19,024 nucleotides of DNA from Methanobrevibacter ruminantium. Its GTDB lineage: Archaea; Methanobacteriota; Methanobacteria; Methanobacteriales; Methanobacteriaceae. The translations under genes were made by a program, and so were the position numbers. Of the stretch, positions 1 to 8,331 are shown one piece after another; position 1 is the first letter of the stretch, and each line of letters begins with the position of its first letter. Under the pieces are notes generated by a model, which made no database searches, was not told where the DNA came from, and saw only the letters and a list, made by a program, of their open reading frames with translations. The DNA lies in the NCBI RefSeq assembly GCF_016294135.1, contig NZ_JAEDCO010000031.1, positions 1 through 19,024 of the forward strand, read 5' to 3'.

Positions 1-344
1 ATCGGTTCAAGCAAGTTCTTTAAAGCTATATGATAATTCGCTTCCTTGCTCAATTCCACTTCAATACCGCTTAAGTCGATATTGCTTGGAAGTATGAACA
101 GGTTTTCGATTTTTGTAGGAATAGTAGCTTTTTGAACACTGCATTCGTTTACTAAAGCTGTGTATACAGTTTTCTTGATTTCAGTTTTATTTATTCCAAA
201 ACTTGTTGTAGCGTTAGCTTGCGGATCCATATCAACTACAAGAACTGCCTTTCCCATAGCAGCAAGTGATGTTGCCAAATTCACTACAGTTGTAGTCTTT
301 CCACATCCGCCTTTCTGATTCATTACGGCAATAGTTTCTCCCAT
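1..344 (-). CDS. ParA/Soj-family (SegA-like) partition ATPase, N-terminal 114 codons only; the gene runs off the left edge
   Basis: My own reverse-strand translation from ATG at 344..342 gives MGETIAVMNQKGGCGKTTTVVNLATSLAAMGKAVLVVDMDPQANATTSFGINK... It has the deviant Walker A KGGxGKT and the D-x-DPQ-x-N motif typical of ParA/Soj. An AAGGAG Shine-Dalgarno (plus-strand ctcctt at 355-360) lies 10 nt upstream. It is absent from the ORF track because it is truncated. Confidence 0.85.
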   Translation of the reverse strand, partial: MGETIAVMNQKGGCGKTTTVVNLATSLAAMGKAVLVVDMDPQANATTSFGINKTEIKKTVYTALVNECSVQKATIPTKIENLFILPSNIDLSGIEVELSKEANYHIALKNLLEP

Positions 345-416
345 TATATTAATTCTCCTTAGTATTTTTTCTTAAAATAAAGTGATTTTTCTTAAATTTT
401 TTAAATTATAATGAAT

Positions 417-640
417 TACTTAGAAGTTTTTTCTTAGCACTTATTAGTTATCACTTAGTAATTATTACTTCTCAGTTATTACTTATATATTATAATTTAT
501 AAGTTATACTATATAAGTTTTAAGTTATATCTTATTACTTTTACTTTATAATTTATCATTTATAAGTTTTTAGTTTTAAGTTATTTCTTATAATTTTATA
601 AGTTATTAGTTATAACTTATAACTTATAATTATAAATTAT
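417..640. repeat. Dense array of short TATAAGT / ACTTATA (TAAGTTAT) repeats upstream of the parA-like promoter
   Basis: TATAAGT occurs at 498-504, 512-518, 561-567 and 597-603. ACTTATA occurs at 481-487, 615-621 and 622-628 (tandem TAACTTA x2). TAAGTTAT occurs at 521-528 and 577-584. GTTATCACTTA at 447-457 is identical to the left arm of the palindrome at 731-741. Confidence 0.7.
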
Positions 641-643
641 CAT

Positions 644-723
644 AAAAAATAAGAAAAATATAAGAAAAAATACCTAAAAATAGACGAAAATATTAGAAAA
701 TATTAGAAAAAATTCATTAAAAA
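644..723. other. Eight helically phased A-tracts (predicted intrinsically bent DNA); they read as oligo-T tracts on the minus strand downstream of trpB2
   Basis: A4-A6 runs start at 644, 654, 665, 676, 687, 697, 707 and 719, giving spacings of 10, 11, 11, 11, 10, 10 and 12 bp. The region includes the tandem GAAAATATTA x2 at 686-705. Confidence 0.6.
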
Positions 724-730
724 GAGAGAA

Positions 731-752
731 GTTATCACTTATAAGTGATAAC
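731..752. repeat. Perfect 22-bp palindrome GTTATCACTTATAAGTGATAAC; either a trpB2 terminator hairpin or a dimeric protein-binding site
   Basis: The sequence is self-complementary over all 22 nt. It lies 78 nt downstream of the trpB2 stop and is followed on the minus strand by TTCTCTCTTTTT. Its half-sites are TTATCAC-N6-GTGATAA. Confidence 0.8.
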
Positions 753-829
753 AAGAGTTTTTGTTTGTATAAAATAAGTATTCTATGTAAAAATCAAAAA
801 AATATAAGAAAAAATAATGGAATGGAAAT

Positions 830-2131
830 CTATTTGGAGTTTTCCATAGATCCATCCATATAACTTGCGTAACCTTTGAAGTCCAATAAACCATGGCCAG
901 AGAAGTTAACAACAATAGTTTTCTCTTCACCAGTTTCCTTACATTTTTTAGCTTCATCAATAGCTGCCTTGATTGCATGGTTTGTTTCAGGTGCTGGAAT
1001 GACTCCTTCGCACATTGCAAACATTTTACCTGCTGCAAACACATCTCTTTGGTGAACTGCTACAGGTTTGATGTAGCCTAAGTCTCTAAGCAAGGATACT
1101 TGAGTGTTCATACCGTGGTATCTAAGTCCCCCTGCATGTACAGAAGGAGCAACGAAGTTGTGTCCTAATGTAAACATCTTCAAGAGAGGAGTGAATCCAA
1201 CTTCATCACCAAAGTCGTATCTGTATTCCCCTTGAGTCAATGTAGGACATGCAGAAGGTTCTACAGCAATGAATTCAGTATCGGAATTACCTTGGATCTT
1301 ATCCTTTATGAATGGGAACAAGGATCCACCGAAGTTACTTCCTCCACCAACACAAGCAATCATTGTATCTGGCTCTTCTTCAACTTTTTCAAGCTGCAAT
1401 TTAATTTCCTGACCGATTGTAGTTTGATGCAAGATAACGTGGTTCAATACACTTCCTAATGTGTATTTTACTTTATCATCGGTTAAAGCATCCTCTACAG
1501 CTTCAGAAATAGCTATTCCAAGGGAACCTGGAGTGTCTGGATGTTCTGCAAGAACTTTTCTACCCACTTCGGTATGTTCACTTGGGGAAGCATGAACCTC
1601 TCCGTCATACAATTGCATGATTGTTTTTCTGAAAGGCTTTTGATTATATGAAACCCTTACCATATAAACGGTACAATCGATTCCCATCATGGAAGCTGCA
1701 AGGGATAAAGCGGTACCCCATTGTCCTGCACCGGTTTCTGTGGTAATTCTTTCAATACCTTCCTTTTTAGCATAGTATGCTTGAGCTATTGCACTGTTTA
1801 ACTTGTGACTTCCGGTAGGGGATGTATCTTCCCGCTTATAATAGATTTTTGCGGGCGTATTAAGTTTTTCTTCCAATCCTCTTGCTCTAACTAAAGGAGT
1901 AGGTCTTCCTAATCTTTGGTAGAGTTCCCTTACTTCTTTTGGGATACTAATGTATCTGTCAGTAGCGAACTCTTGATTAAGACATTCGTTTACGAATATT
2001 TGAGGTAATGTGCTTATTTGATCTTTTCCTTCACTGTTTTTAGGAGCAGGAAGTTCTACAGGTAAATCAGCGTTAATATTATACCATTTGGTTGGTACTT
2101 CGTCATTAGATAAATCAATTCTGTATTGCAT
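830..2131 (-). CDS. trpB2: TrpB2-type tryptophan synthase beta-like PLP enzyme (433 aa)
   Basis: The ORF-track protein has the long TrpB2 N-terminal extension (MQYRIDLSNDEVPTKWYNINADLP...). It carries the PLP-lysine region (SPTGSHKLNSA) and the GGGSN glycine loop typical of the TrpB fold. It stands alone, not in a trp operon. Confidence 0.9.
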   Translation of the reverse strand: MQYRIDLSNDEVPTKWYNINADLPVELPAPKNSEGKDQISTLPQIFVNECLNQEFATDRYISIPKEVRELYQRLGRPTPLVRARGLEEKLNTPAKIYYKREDTSPTGSHKLNSAIAQAYYAKKEGIERITTETGAGQWGTALSLAASMMGIDCTVYMVRVSYNQKPFRKTIMQLYDGEVHASPSEHTEVGRKVLAEHPDTPGSLGIAISEAVEDALTDDKVKYTLGSVLNHVILHQTTIGQEIKLQLEKVEEEPDTMIACVGGGSNFGGSLFPFIKDKIQGNSDTEFIAVEPSACPTLTQGEYRYDFGDEVGFTPLLKMFTLGHNFVAPSVHAGGLRYHGMNTQVSLLRDLGYIKPVAVHQRDVFAAGKMFAMCEGVIPAPETNHAIKAAIDEAKKCKETGEEKTIVVNFSGHGLLDFKGYASYMDGSMENSK

Positions 2132-2198
2132 AATATCACTTTTTGTTTTTTAAATAATCTATTGTAAAAATTCTTAAAGAATGGAATCATAATCATTC

Positions 2199-2254
2199 TG
2201 TACTAATATTATGTATAATGTACTATATAAAGCTTTGTAGTACATATTTGTACA
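2199..2254. promoter_or_regulatory. Cluster of four TRP-box-like hexamers (TGTACA type) overlapping a TTTATATA box for trpB2; putative TrpY operator
   Basis: TGTACT occurs at 2199-2204 and 2219-2224, AGTACA at 2239-2244 and TGTACA at 2249-2254, spaced 20, 20 and 10 bp. The 8-bp inverted repeat ATGTACTA (2218-2225) / TAGTACAT (2238-2245) flanks a minus-strand TTTATATA (plus-strand tatataaa at 2224-2231). The cluster lies 68-123 bp upstream of the trpB2 ATG. Confidence 0.6.
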
Positions 2255-2410
2255 TTATAGTATTTAAATATTAATCTCTTTAAGTTATATTTCTACCATT
2301 ATTTTTAAGAAAAAAGAAATATTTAGCCATTATTTTTCAATTTAATGATTTTTATTCATTTTTTCATCAATTCAAAAAAATTTAAATATTTACAAAATAA
2401 ATAAAAAACT

Positions 2411-3472
2411 ATGAAAATTTTAGCTATTGATGTAGGAACCGGTACTGAAGACATCTTATTGTATGACAGTGAAAAAGAGATAGAAAATTCAATGAAATTG
2501 GTCATTCCGTCTCCCCATTTAACCATTGGCCAGATGATATCAGAATGTGAAAGTGACATTTACTTTGGTGGCGTCATCATGGGAGGGGGAAAGATCAAGG
2601 ATAGATGTCTTGAACATATGGAAAAAGGATATAAGGTCGTTTTTGAAGATTTGGCGGCAAGAACAATCCGTGACAATATAGATCAAGTAAAGTCTTATGG
2701 ATTTGAAATAGCAGAGGATAATGCATATGAAAATGATCCTACCTATTCCAATTATGCAAAAATTTCATTAAAAGACGTTGATGTAAACCATTTAATTGAC
2801 ATATTCTCTTCTTTTGACCTTGACTTGAGCGTGGATGAGCTCATTGTAGCTGTTCAAGATCATGGATACAGTGATGATATGGGAGATAGAGACTTCAGAT
2901 TCGAGAAAATCAAGGAAAAGCTTCCAGAACCTATGGAGCCGGAAACATTTGCAATGGAAGCTGAAGAAGTTCCTGAATACTTTACAAGAATGCAATCCGT
3001 CATCAAGTCATTAGCTAAAGAGAATCCTGAATTCAAGCCGGTTCTCATGGATACCAAGTTTGCATCAATCGCTGGAGTATGCTACGATAAGGAAGTTCTA
3101 AAGCTAAACAGCTTTGTTGTTATGGATATAGGCAATGGACATACTACTGTAGCATCAATTGAAGACGGTAAAATACAAGGAGTATTCGAGCACCACACAA
3201 GAGATTTAACCTCTCAAAGACTTGAAGAACTAGTCTTAGCCCTTGCTGACGGAACAATCAAGCATGAGGATGTCCATAGTGAAGGAGGGCACGGCGCATT
3301 TGCATTGAATCCTATATCTAAATTGGAAAAGGTAATTGTTGCTGGCCCAAAAAGAGCATTGATTGAAGGCACAGATCTTGACTATTATCATGCAGCTCCA
3401 GGTGGAGATGTTATGATGACCGGTACTGTTGGCCTTGTAAAGTCAATGGAATTCCTAAGAAAAAATAAATAA
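2411..3472 (+). CDS. DUF1786-family protein (ASKHA/actin-like ATPase fold; often annotated pyruvate formate-lyase activating enzyme-related)
   Basis: This is a 353-aa ORF. The N-terminal ILAIDVGTGTEDILLYD phosphate-1 motif and the later VVMDIGNGHT motif are typical of the sugar-kinase/actin fold. There is no Shine-Dalgarno site. An AT-rich TATA-like TTTAAATATT lies ~25 nt upstream, suggesting a leaderless or short-leader mRNA. Confidence 0.7.
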   Translation: MKILAIDVGTGTEDILLYDSEKEIENSMKLVIPSPHLTIGQMISECESDIYFGGVIMGGGKIKDRCLEHMEKGYKVVFEDLAARTIRDNIDQVKSYGFEIAEDNAYENDPTYSNYAKISLKDVDVNHLIDIFSSFDLDLSVDELIVAVQDHGYSDDMGDRDFRFEKIKEKLPEPMEPETFAMEAEEVPEYFTRMQSVIKSLAKENPEFKPVLMDTKFASIAGVCYDKEVLKLNSFVVMDIGNGHTTVASIEDGKIQGVFEHHTRDLTSQRLEELVLALADGTIKHEDVHSEGGHGAFALNPISKLEKVIVAGPKRALIEGTDLDYYHAAPGGDVMMTGTVGLVKSMEFLRKNK

Positions 3473-3901
3473 AAAAATAATAAAATATTAAATAAGATTA
3501 TAAATTATATAATTAAATTATTAATATAATTAGATTTAATAATTTTAAATAAATTTAAATAAATTAATTATAATTTTATTTATCTTATATATTTACACGC
3601 ATTTTTTCTTATTTTTCTATTTTTTTCAGTTACTTTTATCCTTTATTCGGTAATTTTTTTTCTAAAATTTCATCATTTCCCAGTTACTTTTTTATTTTTC
3701 CTTGCAACTTTTTTGAATATACAGTAAATTTTTTTTACAATATATTTTGAGTAGCAGTGAAATTTTTCATCGATATTATCATTGATATTTTCTTGATATT
3801 TGGGAATATATAAAAAAAGTTTATAATGGATTAATACTAATATAACAATTGATAATATTAATTAATAACAATTTTATTTTATACAATAAACGAGGCATAA
3901 T

Positions 3902-4567
3902 ATGAAATTTGATCCACATATCCATAGTGTTTATTCAGGTGATTCCCGTTCAGAAGTAATAGACATTCTAATAGAAGCTGAAAAGAAAGGGCTAGATGCT
4001 ATTGCAATCAGTGATCATAATGAAATTGAAGGTTCAAGACTTGCAAGGTCTTATGGCGGCAATATCATTGTAGTTCCATCTATAGAAATATCTTCTGACA
4101 AAGGCCATATTTTAGGATTAGGTGTGGATGAAATCATTCCAAAGGGACTATCTGCTGTAGAGACTGTAGACAGGATTCATGATGCAGGTGGACTTGCAAT
4201 TGTTCCTCATCCATTTTCATATTATAGGCATGGGCTTTTCTGCAATGTTGACAAGAATCTTGTTGTCGATGGTGTGGAAACAAAAAATGCAAGGTACATT
4301 TTCGGATACTCCAACAAGCAGGCAGAAACATTGGCATACAATAAAAGGCTTGCAACCTTAGGTGCTAGTGACTCTCATTTTCTAAAGTCAGTTGGAGATG
4401 CATTTACAGAAGTCAACACCAAGGGGGACGATTCTGTAGACGGTATCCTAAAAGCCATTAAGCATAGAAGATGCAAGGCTATGGGTCATAGAACAAGCAA
4501 TTTCCTGATAGCTAAGGAAGTCTTTGTAAAGAAAGTCCTTAGAAGATATCCAAAAAGAGAAGAGTAA
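3902..4567 (+). CDS. PHP-domain metal-dependent phosphoesterase (221 aa)
   Basis: The N-terminal FDPHIHSVYSGDS motif, plus ISDHN and SDSH motifs, are characteristic of the PHP (polymerase and histidinol phosphatase) fold. A GAGG Shine-Dalgarno lies at 3892-3895. Confidence 0.85.
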   Translation: MKFDPHIHSVYSGDSRSEVIDILIEAEKKGLDAIAISDHNEIEGSRLARSYGGNIIVVPSIEISSDKGHILGLGVDEIIPKGLSAVETVDRIHDAGGLAIVPHPFSYYRHGLFCNVDKNLVVDGVETKNARYIFGYSNKQAETLAYNKRLATLGASDSHFLKSVGDAFTEVNTKGDDSVDGILKAIKHRRCKAMGHRTSNFLIAKEVFVKKVLRRYPKREE

Positions 4568-4607
4568 TTATAAATTATCAAATTTTCAATGAGGTGTTGT
4601 TGATAAT

Positions 4608-5465
4608 ATGCCAACTGTAGACACTTTTCTTCCAGACATTATACAAAGCACTTTTTTCTCTGGATACACTGTTTTCAATACAGTGGTGTATACCTTGATT
4701 TTAGTGGTATTCATATTGGCAATTATCAAAATGTTTAAGAAGTTGGAGATTGACCCGCTATCAATTTTCTATTCAATCATCCCATTTATTTTTCTTGGAT
4801 CATCCACTCGCGCTTTAGTTGATAATGGAGTTTATCCAAAAACAGTTTTTCTAATTACTCCAGGACTTTATATTCTTGTAGGATTGATAACAATCCTGTC
4901 ATTCTTATTTTGCATATGCCTATTTACAAAAAAAGGGATTGATTACAGGTATTCGTTGTTTTCCATAGGAATAATTTTTTCATTGCCTAATATGATCTCA
5001 TTCTCAAATGTGAATTCTACAGCAATAATTCATGTCATATTGACATGGATATTCACATCTTTGATATTTATTGGGCTCGTGTTTTTAGTTTTATATATTA
5101 AGAACAATATTCTTGACAGTATTGATAAGATTGACCTTTCCAAGTTCATTGCAAAAATGAAAAAATATAAAATCAATTTTTCAATTGTGCTAGCACATTT
5201 GTTCGATGCATCAACAACATATGTTGCTGTAGAATACTTCAATTATTCAGAACAGCATGTTTTACCAAATGCTCTAAATCAGTTATTCGATACATATCTT
5301 ACTTTATTTCCTATGAAAATTATAGTAATCGTTGCAGTCTTATACATAATCGATCAATATTTCGATGACTTAACTATAAAAAATCTATTAAAATTAACAG
5401 TATTTGTATTAGGATTAGCCCCAGGTTTGAGGAATATTTTGACCATGGCTCTCGCAACAATATAA
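4608..5465 (+). CDS. Polytopic membrane protein, DUF63-like (285 aa)
   Basis: It has about 7-8 hydrophobic helices. A GAGGTG Shine-Dalgarno lies at 4591-4596. It starts 40 bp after the PHP gene on the same strand, so it is probably co-transcribed. The family assignment is from memory of archaeal DUF63 proteins. Confidence 0.6.
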   Translation: MPTVDTFLPDIIQSTFFSGYTVFNTVVYTLILVVFILAIIKMFKKLEIDPLSIFYSIIPFIFLGSSTRALVDNGVYPKTVFLITPGLYILVGLITILSFLFCICLFTKKGIDYRYSLFSIGIIFSLPNMISFSNVNSTAIIHVILTWIFTSLIFIGLVFLVLYIKNNILDSIDKIDLSKFIAKMKKYKINFSIVLAHLFDASTTYVAVEYFNYSEQHVLPNALNQLFDTYLTLFPMKIIVIVAVLYIIDQYFDDLTIKNLLKLTVFVLGLAPGLRNILTMALATI

Positions 5466-5579
5466 GTTAAAATTTAATAATTTTTTTTAATTATTTTATC
5501 CTTGAAAAAAAATAAAAGATAGAATTAGAAAAAAATTTTTTGTGATAAAAAAAGAAAATTTTTAAAATTAAAAAAAAGT

Positions 5580-7115
5580 TTAGCTATTTTTCTCAATAGC
5601 CAATAATCTGTTGATTGAGTTGATTACCGCAACTACACTTGAGATGATTACGTCCTCTCTTGTAGCTCTTCCTGTTGCCCTATGGCCCTCCTTGTCTGAA
5701 ATCACTACAAAGGTTTCTGCCAATGCATCGGTACCACCGCTTACAGCCTCAAGTCTGTACTCTTCAAGGTTAATGTCAACGGTTTCCTTTACAAGTGACT
5801 TGATTGCACCGATAGCAGCATCAACTGGACCCACTCCAATCTGAGAGGTTTCAATGACTTTTCCTTCAATTGAAAGCCTTACAGTTGCTGTTGCAGATAC
5901 AGATTCCCCAGTCATTACACTCATTCCAAGTAGCTTGATGTACTCTTTGCCACTTGTACTCAATTCTGTAATTGCAATTGATTTCAAGTCCTCATCTGTA
6001 ATGCATTTACCTTTATCGCCAAGTGTTTTCACTTGATTGTAAATGTTTTCGAATTGCTTAGGACTTACCTCTATATTGAACTCTTCCAATTTGGACTTTA
6101 TTCCAGCATGGCCGGTATGCTTTCCAAGGGCAATTCTTCTTTTGTGACCTACAAGTTCAGGGGGAATAGGTTCATATGTGGAACTGTTTTTCAATATTCC
6201 ATCTACATGGATGCCTGATTCATGAGCGAATGCATTTTCCCCAACTATAGGTTTTGTAGGAGGCATCTTTATACCTGTAATGGATCCTATGAAATTGGAA
6301 GTGTCATAGAGTTTAGTTGTATCCACACCGATATTTGCTTCATAAGCAATCTTTAAGCTCACTACAAGTTCCTCTAGAGAGGTGTTTCCAGCTCTCTCAC
6401 CGATACCGTTAATTGTACAATGAGCCTGATTTGCACCTTCTTCAATACCAATGATTGAATTTGATACTGCAAGTCCAAAGTCATTGTGGAAATGAAGGCT
6501 TATCGGAACATTGATTTTCTTTCTTAAAATCCTTATCAAATCTCTTGTAGTGGATGGAACTAGAATTCCTACAGTGTCGGGCACATTTATTATGTCTGCT
6601 CCTGCACCTTCAACACCTTTGTAGAATTCTATTAGGTAATTAAGTTCTGTTCTTGTAGCGTCTTCTGCTGAAAATTCCACAGTAAGGCCATGGTCCTTAG
6701 CATATTCAACCGCTTCAATAGCTTGATTCAATATTTCCTCTTTTGACTTTTTCAATTTATAGTCTCTATGAAGTGGGGAAGTTCCAATAAACAAATGTGC
6801 ATATGATAAGTCAGAGTCGATCACTGCATCGATATCCTTTTTCAATACTCTTGCAAGACCGCATAAATTGGATTTGAATCCTAATTCCACCATTCTTTTA
6901 GCAGCCTTTCTTTCACCTTCTGATACAGTTGGAAAACCCATTTCTATGGTGTCCACTCCAAGCTCATCCAGCTTTTGAGCTATCTTAATTTTCTCATCTA
7001 CTGTTAAAGCGATGCCTGGAGCCTGTTCCCCATCCCTTAAGGTTGTATCAAAGATTCTGATCTTATCAGGAATCTTCAATTCTTCCTTCACAACATCAAT
7101 GTTTATTGCATTCAT
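5580..7115 (-). CDS. leuA: 2-isopropylmalate synthase / (R)-citramalate synthase family enzyme (511 aa) with a C-terminal LeuA-type regulatory domain
   Basis: It has IRIFDTTLRDGEQAPG, HFHNDFGLAV and the ESGIH motif of the DRE-TIM HMGL-like aldolase family. The ~130-aa C-terminal domain matches the LeuA dimerisation/allosteric domain. LeuA and CimA cannot be separated by eye. Confidence 0.85.
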   Translation of the reverse strand: MNAINIDVVKEELKIPDKIRIFDTTLRDGEQAPGIALTVDEKIKIAQKLDELGVDTIEMGFPTVSEGERKAAKRMVELGFKSNLCGLARVLKKDIDAVIDSDLSYAHLFIGTSPLHRDYKLKKSKEEILNQAIEAVEYAKDHGLTVEFSAEDATRTELNYLIEFYKGVEGAGADIINVPDTVGILVPSTTRDLIRILRKKINVPISLHFHNDFGLAVSNSIIGIEEGANQAHCTINGIGERAGNTSLEELVVSLKIAYEANIGVDTTKLYDTSNFIGSITGIKMPPTKPIVGENAFAHESGIHVDGILKNSSTYEPIPPELVGHKRRIALGKHTGHAGIKSKLEEFNIEVSPKQFENIYNQVKTLGDKGKCITDEDLKSIAITELSTSGKEYIKLLGMSVMTGESVSATATVRLSIEGKVIETSQIGVGPVDAAIGAIKSLVKETVDINLEEYRLEAVSGGTDALAETFVVISDKEGHRATGRATREDVIISSVVAVINSINRLLAIEKNS

Positions 7116-7215
7116 TTTTCCCTATCCTTTTTTGATTTAATAAGTTAATATCTATAATAAGTATAATGTATACTCTTAATTTTTTATTTTTTAGTATTTA
7201 TTATTTTTAGTATTC

Positions 7216-8331
7216 TTAATAATTGTCTAAAGCTGACTGGTAGTTACCATCCAATTTAATGTATGGTTCAGCTCTTTTTACAACAACCCCAATTCTTTGA
7301 AGCTCTTCCAGTTTCTTGAATGGTTTGTTTTTGCGTATTGCCATAATTTTCCTTGCAGATTTAGGGCCGATTCCTGGCACTCGTATAAGTTTTTTATAGG
7401 AAGCGTAGTTAATTTCTACAGGGAAAATGTCCATTTCCCTTGCAGCCAATATCTTCGGATCTTCCTTTAAGGATAATTTGTCATTCTCATCAAATACAAG
7501 TTCCTTCACATCAAACTTATAATCGCTTATCAAGGCATCAGCATGATAGAGTTTTGCAGTTCTATCTGTATTGCAGGATTCCTTTTTCTCAAATTCTGTT
7601 CCTTCTACAGGTGAAAATGCACTGAAGTAGCTACGTCTCAAGTCCACTTTCTTATACAGGCTTTCCATTCTTTTAAGGATTTCAAGGTCTGTTTCATCAT
7701 TTGCACCTACAATCAATTGTGTGGTATGGCCGGATTTTGCAAAGCTTGGATTCTTTCTAGCTATTTCATTCATCCAATCAAGCCTTTTTAGAATATCCTT
7801 GTTGTAATCCTTTGTGCTTGTGATTTCATTAAGGCCATCTTTTGTAGCGGCTTCAATGTTTAGGCTTACCCTATTTGCCAAACTCATTGCCCTTTTGATG
7901 GAATCCTTTGATGCACCAGGAATGATTTTAAGATGTATGTAATCATCATATCCATAGTCCTTTCTTAGTATCCTTGCAGTCTCTATGGTCTTTTCCATCG
8001 TGTTGTCTATTGTATCTCCAATTCCGGAACTTAAAAATAGACCATTTACATAACCGTTGTTGTAGTAATGAAGGAATGCTCTTGAAAGCTCTTCAGGACT
8101 TAATTCAAGACGGGTGAAATTGCGTTTGCTTTGGTTTATGCAATATTTGCAGTCGTTTTTGCACTTGTTTGTCATCAATGTCTTAAAGAGGGGTATCTTG
8201 CATCCATTATGTCCAGTGGCATGATAAATCCCAGGGAGATTCACCTGTGAGCTCTTGCTATGGCTGACATAATCGCACAGATCATATTGTGCATTATCTG
8301 CCAAAACCTGCATTTTTTCTAATGTAGACAT
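7216..8331 (-). CDS. Putative DNA modification/repair radical SAM protein (TIGR03916-like) with a C-terminal helix-hairpin-helix
   Basis: It has the CxxxCxxC cluster motif (CKNDCKYCINQ), the N-terminal AQYDLCD motif and a C-terminal HhH (LIRVPGIGPKSARKIMAIR). The length is 371 aa. Confidence 0.75.
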   Translation of the reverse strand: MSTLEKMQVLADNAQYDLCDYVSHSKSSQVNLPGIYHATGHNGCKIPLFKTLMTNKCKNDCKYCINQSKRNFTRLELSPEELSRAFLHYYNNGYVNGLFLSSGIGDTIDNTMEKTIETARILRKDYGYDDYIHLKIIPGASKDSIKRAMSLANRVSLNIEAATKDGLNEITSTKDYNKDILKRLDWMNEIARKNPSFAKSGHTTQLIVGANDETDLEILKRMESLYKKVDLRRSYFSAFSPVEGTEFEKKESCNTDRTAKLYHADALISDYKFDVKELVFDENDKLSLKEDPKILAAREMDIFPVEINYASYKKLIRVPGIGPKSARKIMAIRKNKPFKKLEELQRIGVVVKRAEPYIKLDGNYQSALDNY

